Shown here piece after piece: positions 57,257 through 64,000 of a DNA stretch of 64,000 nt. Position 1 is the stretch's first letter. Each line of letters opens with the position of its first letter. Made by a program: the position numbers and the translations under genes. The DNA is from Candidatus Sumerlaeaceae bacterium (lineage in GTDB: Bacteria; Sumerlaeota; Sumerlaeia; Sumerlaeales; Sumerlaeaceae). Where the stretch lies: assembly GCA_051003195.1 (NCBI GenBank), contig JBPCLP010000008.1:64001-128000 (forward strand), given 5' to 3'. Below the pieces are notes generated by a model that did not search any database, was not told where the DNA came from, and was given only the letters and a program-made list of their open reading frames with translations.

Positions 57257-58552
57257 GTGTTTACGCGCGCTTTCCATCCGTCTGTTATCATGGCTACGGC
57301 TGCCCTGCTGCTGGGTTGCACCGGCTGCGATAAGAGCAGGAACCCAACGGGACGGAGTGCGAGCGGCGTGACGCTTCATGTGAACGTGGACGGCAGCGGT
57401 AAAGCGTTTCAGCTTACGCAGGAGTTGTCTCTGGATTATGAGCAGCGAACGGGTGTGCGTATTGAATTGATTCGTGGCCCGTCGGACACCACCGAGCGCC
57501 TGTCCCAGTATCTGCAATTTCTCGGGGCAAAATCGCCAGATATTGATTTGTACCAGGTGGATGTTATTTGGCCGGCAATCCTGGCGAACCACCTGCTCGA
57601 TCTGAAGGACGCATTCACGACCGAAACCGAGGCGTTCTTTCCGAGCCAGATCAAGAACGACACAGTCGACGGACGGCTGATTGCGATTCCATGGTATGGC
57701 GACGCGGGGCTATTATACTTCCGCAGCGATTTGCTGGCTAAATACAACCTGTCGCAGCCGCCTCAAACGTGGGACGAGCTTACCACCATGGCGGAGCTCA
57801 TCCAAAAGGGCGAGCGAGCTACAGGCAAAGGAGATTTCTGGGGTTACGTGTGGCAGGGGAAAGCCTACGAAGGGCTGACCTGCAACGCGCTGGAATGGCA
57901 GGCGTCTTCCGGCGGCGGACGAATTGTGGAGGAAGGCCGCCGCATTAATGTGAACAACCCTGGCGCGCGGCGCGCTTTTGAACGGGCAGCCGGATGGGTG
58001 GGCACGATCTCGCCACGCGGGGTGACAACTTACGGCGAGGAAGAGGCCCGACAGATGTTCCAGTCTGGCAACGCGGCGTTCCTGCGCAATTGGCCTTACG
58101 TGTACTCACTGGCGAGCGATAACAAGTCTCCGGTGAAAGGGAAGTTCGGCGCGACCGTTTTGCCGACCGGTGGCACGGGTCACGCCGCGACGCTTGGTGG
58201 CTGGCATCTCGCGGTTTCGAAATATTCGCCGCATCCGCGCGAAGCCACGGAGTTCGTGCGCTTTCTTGCGTCGATCCCGGTGCAGCGCCGCCGCGCGCTT
58301 GAGGCGTCGATGCTTCCCGCGCGGGTCGCATTGTATGATGATCCAGAAATTGCCTCTACAGTGCCACTGCTGCCAACGATGAAGCAGGTCTTTTTGGAGG
58401 CGGTAGCGCGACCATCCGCCGCGGCAGGCGAAGACTACAATGAAGTCAGCACCTACTATTTCCAGGCGGTGCACCAGATTCTCACGGGCGAAAAGACCGC
58501 CGAGCGCGCCTTGGCGGACTTGGACGAGGCATTGCACGAGGTGCTGCGGTGA
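57257..58552 (+). CDS. Sugar ABC substrate-binding lipoprotein (trehalose/maltose-like)
   Basis: Lipobox LLLGC; DVIWP, QGKAYEGLTCNALEW, FLRNWPY, ATLGGW. The GTG start is inferred. Confidence 0.92.
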   Translation: MFTRAFHPSVIMATAALLLGCTGCDKSRNPTGRSASGVTLHVNVDGSGKAFQLTQELSLDYEQRTGVRIELIRGPSDTTERLSQYLQFLGAKSPDIDLYQVDVIWPAILANHLLDLKDAFTTETEAFFPSQIKNDTVDGRLIAIPWYGDAGLLYFRSDLLAKYNLSQPPQTWDELTTMAELIQKGERATGKGDFWGYVWQGKAYEGLTCNALEWQASSGGGRIVEEGRRINVNNPGARRAFERAAGWVGTISPRGVTTYGEEEARQMFQSGNAAFLRNWPYVYSLASDNKSPVKGKFGATVLPTGGTGHAATLGGWHLAVSKYSPHPREATEFVRFLASIPVQRRRALEASMLPARVALYDDPEIASTVPLLPTMKQVFLEAVARPSAAAGEDYNEVSTYYFQAVHQILTGEKTAERALADLDEALHEVLR

Positions 58553-59463
58553 GCGCCAGTCAAGTGAGCCTGCAACGGCGACAGGAACGCACGGGTTGGC
58601 TATTTCTGCTGCCGACGATCGTCATCGTGTTTTGCGTCAGTGTATACCCCCTGCTGCGCACTTTTTACACAAGCCTGACGGACGTTCGCATGGCCAGCGG
58701 CCGCGAACCTGCATTCGTGGGGCTTGGTAATTATACGGATCTTCTCAGTCGCGGATCGTTTTGGGAGGCGGCTCGACACACGGTGATATTCACGTTCTGC
58801 AGCGTGACGCTTGAGATGCTGCTTGGTCTTGGGATCGCGCTCATCGTGCATTCAGGGTTCCGCGGCCGTGGAATTGTCCGCGCGGCGATGCTGGTGCCAT
58901 GGGCTCTGCCCACGGTCGTCTCCGCAAAAATGTGGAACTACATGCTGGTCGACACCTACGGAGTCATTAATGACTTGCTCTACACACGCCTGCATCTGCT
59001 GCCGCACAAGATAGCATGGATGGCAGAGCCGGGGCTGGCGATGGGATCGATCATTGCGGTGGACGTATGGAAGACAACGCCCTTCGTCGTGCTCCTGCTG
59101 CTCGCGGGGCTCCAGCTTATTCCAGCACAAATGTATGAGGCATCGGCAGTCGATGGCGCGAGCCGATGGCAGCAGTTCAGGCGCATCACGCTGCCGCTGT
59201 TGAAGCCGGCGATTCTCGTCGTGCTGATCTTCCGCACGCTTGATGCGCTGCGTGTATTCGATGTGATCTGGGTTCTGACACGCGGGCAGATTGGCACCGA
59301 AAGCCTCGCCACCTATGCCTATCGGCAAATGATCGACTTCAGGAAGCTGGGGTACGGCTCGGCGGTGAGTGTGACCATCTTCGCGCTGATCGCGGTGTTC
59401 GTTGTCATCTACCTGGGGCTGGCAAATGTGATGGGCAATACCGCGGAAAGTGACGATAAGTGA
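58549..59463 (+). CDS. Sugar ABC permease (MalF type)
   Basis: DVWKTTPF, MYEASAVDGA EAA loop. Confidence 0.95.
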   Translation: MSASQVSLQRRQERTGWLFLLPTIVIVFCVSVYPLLRTFYTSLTDVRMASGREPAFVGLGNYTDLLSRGSFWEAARHTVIFTFCSVTLEMLLGLGIALIVHSGFRGRGIVRAAMLVPWALPTVVSAKMWNYMLVDTYGVINDLLYTRLHLLPHKIAWMAEPGLAMGSIIAVDVWKTTPFVVLLLLAGLQLIPAQMYEASAVDGASRWQQFRRITLPLLKPAILVVLIFRTLDALRVFDVIWVLTRGQIGTESLATYAYRQMIDFRKLGYGSAVSVTIFALIAVFVVIYLGLANVMGNTAESDDK

Positions 59464-60326
59464 CCGGGCGCGCGAGTCATCGCCGGGCAGGACCACGTAC
59501 GCTGCTGGGGCGTTCAGGATTTCTCCTGCTCGTAGTGCTCGTGCTACTCTTTACGCTGTTTCCGTTTTACTGGGCAGTGAACGCGAGCCTGCTTCCCCAG
59601 GCGAAGCTCTTTGCAACGCCAGCGGTGTACGTGCCTGTGCCGCCTACGGTGGAATGGTACGAAAAAGTATGGAAAGACACGGGCTTTGTAAGGGCGCTTC
59701 GAAACTCCGGAATCGTTGCGGTGAGTACGACGGTGCTCGCCCTGAGTGCTGGGGCAATGGCGGCGTACGCCCTCGCGCGTTTTCGGATGCGCGGCCGGCG
59801 GATCACGCTCGGCCTCATCCTCGCCATGACGATGTTTCCGCAGATCAGCGTGCTGGGCGCGATGCACCAGACCATCACGGCGCTGGGGCTCTATAACCGG
59901 TTGGGCGGGCTCGTGCTCAGCTATATGATCCTTACACTGCCGCTGACCGTATGGGTCATGTCGGGATTCTTCGGGTCGTTGCCGCGAGAGCTGGAGGAGA
60001 GCGCGTATGTGGATGGCGCGAGCCCCTTCCAGACATTCTGGAGAATTATGCTGCCCCTGGCCGTGCCGGGCCTGGCGGCGACGGGGCTGCTCGCATTCAT
60101 TGCGGCATGGAACGAGTACCTGTTCGCGCAAAGTTTTACGATTACGGAGAACACGCGAACCGTGCCGGTCGTAATTGCAAACTTCACCGGCGCCACGATT
60201 CACGAAACACCATGGGGTACCATCATGGCAGCATGTGTGGTCGTGACCGTGCCGCTGGTGATCCTGGTGCTCATTTTCCAGAAGCAGATTGTCGACGGGC
60301 TCACTTCCGGGGCGGTGAAGGAATAG
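59460..60326 (+). CDS. Sugar ABC permease (MalG type)
   Basis: ELEESAYVDGA, AWNEYLFA, GLTSGAVK. Confidence 0.95.
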   Translation: MTGRASHRRAGPRTLLGRSGFLLLVVLVLLFTLFPFYWAVNASLLPQAKLFATPAVYVPVPPTVEWYEKVWKDTGFVRALRNSGIVAVSTTVLALSAGAMAAYALARFRMRGRRITLGLILAMTMFPQISVLGAMHQTITALGLYNRLGGLVLSYMILTLPLTVWVMSGFFGSLPRELEESAYVDGASPFQTFWRIMLPLAVPGLAATGLLAFIAAWNEYLFAQSFTITENTRTVPVVIANFTGATIHETPWGTIMAACVVVTVPLVILVLIFQKQIVDGLTSGAVKE

Positions 60327-60410
60327 TTTCCCCACTGCGCCCTTATATTCCTTGAAGCGGAGCCCCTATCACCTCGTAAGCGATTCCATGCAGAATACGG
60401 AGCTTCTGAA

Positions 60411-61100
60411 ATGACCAGAGAGCACGGCGGGTTTCCAGACGATCCCGAGCACAATGACAGCTTTGAAGACGATGAGGATGACGATGACGAAGTCCTGGAC
60501 CGCGCTCTGCCTGATATAGACCAGCAAATCCGAATCAACGAATTGAAGGAACGCGCGCGCGAACTTGCAGGTGGCGACCTTGTGGAAGGAAAAGCTGATA
60601 CCGACCTGCCGCCTGAGATTGAGGAGCAGTTCTGGCAGCAGGTGGTCGCATTCGAATCGGGCGACTGGGTCAGCGGCTTTGACAAGCTGCTGAGCATCGG
60701 CGTAGACGTTCCAGACCCGGAAGAGCTTAGCGATCTGGAACTGGATGAAAAGCTGCGGGAGATTATCGGCGCAATGGCCTCGATTCGCACCTTCCTGGTG
60801 CATACCGATCACTTGAGTGACCGCGAGCTCTACGAACGGCTGTGGGACGATGTGCTTCATGAGGAAAGCCCCGACATGCCCATGGATAAAAACGGCGCAT
60901 GGATGATCGACCTGGTGAGCAGCGGCAGTGACGAGGACAACGATGCTTATCTGCGTTACTATGCGGATGAGGAATACCGGCAGCGCTGGGCGAACGATTT
61001 TCCTGACGAAGACATCCCGCCCCATGAAATCTTGCCATATAACCGCGATGCCAAACTGCCGCAGCCTCAGGATGGCGACGAATTGGACAGCAGGCCCTGA
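60411..61100 (+). CDS. Very acidic hypothetical protein
   Basis: 229 aa, D/E-rich; motifs HTDHLSDRELYERLW and YLRYYADE. Confidence 0.8.
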   Translation: MTREHGGFPDDPEHNDSFEDDEDDDDEVLDRALPDIDQQIRINELKERARELAGGDLVEGKADTDLPPEIEEQFWQQVVAFESGDWVSGFDKLLSIGVDVPDPEELSDLELDEKLREIIGAMASIRTFLVHTDHLSDRELYERLWDDVLHEESPDMPMDKNGAWMIDLVSSGSDEDNDAYLRYYADEEYRQRWANDFPDEDIPPHEILPYNRDAKLPQPQDGDELDSRP

Positions 61101-61154
61101 CCGAAACGCTTGCAACTGGCGCAACCAGACGTGTCGAATATCGGGACTACGTAA

Positions 61155-62297
61155 ATGAGTGACGACCTGCATGAAAACATCTGCCCGAAATGCGGGCAGA
61201 TTTCCGCGAATTTCGACATGTGTGACACATGCGGAGCGCTGCTGGACCGCTTGCGTGACCAGAATTTTACATACGGCGATAGCAGTGTTCCCAGTCCCGG
61301 GCTGGACCCCAACGCCGGTTATGCTCCGGCGCCCGATTACCAGGAACCGACGTCGAGGCCCTGGCTGACGATCATTGCAGTTGGCATCCTGATAGCGGGA
61401 TGCCTTGCGGGCGGAGTGCTCATTTCAAACAGCCGCGCGCGGGAAAAAGCGCTGGCGCAAAAGGTAGATGCGCCCGCAAAGGAGCCCGACGCGCAGCAGG
61501 ACCAGGGTGAGGCGGCTGAGCCTCAGCCCGCTTCAGCTGCCGTACGAACCCCGGAAGCAAAACCGACGGAAGCTGTCGCCGCTGCTACACCCCTTATCAA
61601 GCCATCGCCCGACCCCGAATCGCCAACGCCTTCGTCTTCGGCAGATTCGGGAGGTAAACCGCGGTCCGTAATGAACTGGCTGAGTTCGATGCAGGCAGCT
61701 GCTTCGCCATCACCTTCCTACAGCTCGACGCCAGCCATGGATACACCGCCAGCTGAGACGGCTACACCGCAACCGGCGCGGGCCACTGCCCGTCCGACGG
61801 CAAAAACCCAGGAGATCAACATCGGTGAAGAAGTCTTCATAAAAGGGAGCCAGCCGACAGACAAGGTTGCGGCCGTCATTGAAAGATTACAGGCCAGCAA
61901 TGCGACCCCGGACCCGACCGCCGCCCCGGTGAAAACTGAAATGGTCAAAATGCCTGTCGTCAACGTCCACCAATCGAACTTTCAATCCGAAGTGCTGGCC
62001 TACAGCGCGACGCCGGTACTGCTTTCCTTCTTCTCACCGAAGGTGCCGGAATCCAACGCGATTGCCCCGGCGGTACTCGCATTATCTCAGCAGAGCACGC
62101 CAAAACTCAAAGTCGGAATCGTGAATGCCGATGAGAGCAAGGGCCTGAAGCAGCGCTATAATATCAGTACACTGCCTACATCGGTGCTGGTAAAGAACGG
62201 CAAGGAAATCACCCGCTTCGTCGGCGACTTACAGGTGCCGGCGGTAAACCAGGCGGTGCAATACTCGTCTGTCAAAAACCTGCCGCACTTCCAGTGA
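61155..62297 (+). CDS. Zinc-ribbon / TM / Pro-rich linker / thioredoxin-like protein lacking CXXC
   Basis: CPKC...CDTC, one TM, and C-terminal NFQSEVL...PVLLSFFSPKVPES...YNISTLPT...KNGKEITRFVG. Confidence 0.85.
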   Translation: MSDDLHENICPKCGQISANFDMCDTCGALLDRLRDQNFTYGDSSVPSPGLDPNAGYAPAPDYQEPTSRPWLTIIAVGILIAGCLAGGVLISNSRAREKALAQKVDAPAKEPDAQQDQGEAAEPQPASAAVRTPEAKPTEAVAAATPLIKPSPDPESPTPSSSADSGGKPRSVMNWLSSMQAAASPSPSYSSTPAMDTPPAETATPQPARATARPTAKTQEINIGEEVFIKGSQPTDKVAAVIERLQASNATPDPTAAPVKTEMVKMPVVNVHQSNFQSEVLAYSATPVLLSFFSPKVPESNAIAPAVLALSQQSTPKLKVGIVNADESKGLKQRYNISTLPTSVLVKNGKEITRFVGDLQVPAVNQAVQYSSVKNLPHFQ

Positions 62298-62326
62298 CAA
62301 GCGCCTGAAGAAAGGTTAAGAAGGGG

Positions 62327-62402
62327 TGGTGGAGACGAGGGGGATCGAACCCCTGACCCTCAGACTGCCAGCCTGATGCTCTCCCAGCTGAGCTACGTCC
62401 CC
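62327..62402 (-). tRNA. tRNA-Ala (GGC)
   Basis: GGGGACGTAGCTCAGCTGGGAGAGCATCAGGCTGGCAGTCTGAGGGTCAGGGGTTCGATCCCCCTCGTCTCCACCA; G3-U70 identity pair. Confidence 0.98.
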
Positions 62403-62486
62403 ACGTTGTTGGGCGTGCCTATTTACGCGGCAGTTCTTTCAAAATTCAAGGCTGCGCGATACTTTTCCGGAGGCAGAGTGCTGTGA

Positions 62487-64000
62487 TCAGGCCTCTCCAC
62501 GGAGGTACATCGGTTTGTCTTCCCCCGCTGAGGCTTGAACGGCCCGGCGACGGGCCTGCTCGATCATATGGTCCGGTGTGCGGAACAGAACCCCGATTGC
62601 GACCACAATGAGTGCGCCGAACATCGCGAACCATGTCCACTTGATAACGGGCATCCACTCAGGCAGCTTTAGTTTTGGCAAGTCACCACTGCTAACCGGC
62701 GGCAATATATTCCAGAAATCAATGTGCTGTCCGCTTAGAAAGATCATGGCGATCAGCGCGACTGTGACGGCAATCATGTTTCCGGCGTCGGAGCCGCGGT
62801 TGCGCGTGAGCATCCCGATCAGGAACACGCCGAGCATTGGCCCAAGAAATAGCCCGGCGATGCCGATCACGACCGGGATAATTCGGACACTTGGATTGAC
62901 CAGCGTCACGTAGGCGAAGGTCGTTGCGATCAGAATCATTAAGACCGCGAAGAATACGGTGAAAATGCGGGCTGCGCCAACGTGGTGTGCTTCGGCTTTT
63001 TTGCGGGCGAAGTAGGGAATGTACCAGTCATTCGTAGCGCTGGTCGCCAGTGCATTGAGAGCAGCGCTGAGAGATCCCATTGCCGTCGCGAACACACCGG
63101 CCAGGACGAGCCCTCGAATACCTGTCGGCATTACATTGAGGATGTAGGAGCCGAATACGTCCTTGTTAGCCTCCGGCTTAAAGGTCGGGTCTTTTGTGTA
63201 ATACACGTAGAGCAATACGCCGATAAACGCGAAGGCGGAGGCGATTGGCAGATCCATCACGGCTGCCGTGATCAGGCTGCGCCGGCTCTTCTGGTACGTT
63301 TCCGCTGTCAGCAGGCGCTGCACCATGTCCTGGTCGGTACCGAACGCAGCCATGTTCCCCATGATTGCTCCAATGGTGGCGGAGAACAGGGTGAACTCGC
63401 TTCCGAGAACGAGCCTGGTCCATTCCCACCAGGAGAACTCGCCCGCGATGACATGTCGGCCGACCTTTGCCTGCTCGGTTACCCACCACTGGATTCGTTC
63501 TGGCTCCCATCCGAACCAGAAGTAACCGAGATGCGTCTTCATTTCCGGCACAACTTCGCCAAGCGCCCGCAATCCGTTCATCAGGTTCCACGAGTCGCCG
63601 CCGATGTGGTAAAGGAGCGTGGCTATTGCAACCAGTGCGCTCGTAAACATGAGCGTGGCCTGAACCACATCGGTCCAGATAACCGCTTTAATCCCGCCCA
63701 GTGCCGTGTAGATGCAGGTTAAAACCGTCACAGCGACAATCGCGTAGAAGTATAGAGCCAGGTCGCCTGCGCCCTTCGTGGACGAATACTGCACTGGAGC
63801 ACCTTTCTGGAACATCGTCCAGGCGAGCACCATCACAATGGCTGGTATAAACACACGGGTGCCCGAAGCTAAGGTTCGCATGATAAGAAAGAGCGCTGAG
63901 ACGTAGTTCTTCGACTTGTTGCCGAAGCGAATTCCGAGGTAATCGTAAACCGTGTAAACTTTGTACCGGTAGTAGGGCTTCAGGAAAATATAGCCGACCA
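62487..64000 (-). CDS. Sodium:solute symporter (SSS family), 3' part (starts beyond the right edge)
   Basis: TVYDYLGIRFG upstream in frame; GGIKAVIWTDVVQ, GTDQDMVQRLL, ATAMGSLSAALN. Confidence 0.93.
   Translation of the reverse strand, partial: VGYIFLKPYYRYKVYTVYDYLGIRFGNKSKNYVSALFLIMRTLASGTRVFIPAIVMVLAWTMFQKGAPVQYSSTKGAGDLALYFYAIVAVTVLTCIYTALGGIKAVIWTDVVQATLMFTSALVAIATLLYHIGGDSWNLMNGLRALGEVVPEMKTHLGYFWFGWEPERIQWWVTEQAKVGRHVIAGEFSWWEWTRLVLGSEFTLFSATIGAIMGNMAAFGTDQDMVQRLLTAETYQKSRRSLITAAVMDLPIASAFAFIGVLLYVYYTKDPTFKPEANKDVFGSYILNVMPTGIRGLVLAGVFATAMGSLSAALNALATSATNDWYIPYFARKKAEAHHVGAARIFTVFFAVLMILIATTFAYVTLVNPSVRIIPVVIGIAGLFLGPMLGVFLIGMLTRNRGSDAGNMIAVTVALIAMIFLSGQHIDFWNILPPVSSGDLPKLKLPEWMPVIKWTWFAMFGALIVVAIGVLFRTPDHMIEQARRRAVQASAGEDKPMYLRGEA

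Noticed and set aside
42460..60326. Incomplete ABC operons (no binding protein for the Rbs-type system, no ATPase for the Mal-type system)
   Set aside because: Split operons and shared sugar ATPases are common, so this is not notable without the rest of the genome.

Overview
A 64-kb stretch of a GC-rich diderm bacterial chromosome. It encodes an outer-membrane beta-barrel, a Tat substrate and sigma-54-type promoters; the lineage cannot be fixed from the sequence alone. Most of it is housekeeping and transport: the 5' part of smc, a MacAB-type ABC exporter, a PAS-GAF-PAS-GGDEF-EAL protein, gatB, dprA, RNase HI, two sugar ABC systems, an SF2 helicase, a nucleotide-sugar dehydrogenase with a GT4, a sodium:solute symporter, tRNA-Pro(TGG) and tRNA-Ala(GGC). 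The ~7.4 kb after tRNA-Pro is an accessory patch. It holds three exported-protein genes (Kelch, DUF4838-like, nine-repeat beta-propeller) among REP hairpins, a RAYT transposase fragment and an IS1182-like 3' remnant. Non-annotated signals found by reading the DNA: (1) two single genes for exported or surface proteins (the beta-propeller and the porin) are each bracketed by an inverted duplication with an identical core, and no recombinase lies in the window; (2) three exported helical, low-complexity proteins, two of them paralogues sharing an unassigned 70-aa domain, each have a correctly spaced sigma-54 promoter; (3) a promoter-led, strongly structured ~300-nt leader or ncRNA precedes an orphan ORF; (4) a DnaA box and NrdR-like boxes at 31-bp spacing lie upstream of smc. 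No CRISPR array, rRNA, intact transposase or integrase was seen. All alignments were done by eye and all family names come from motif recognition, not database searches.
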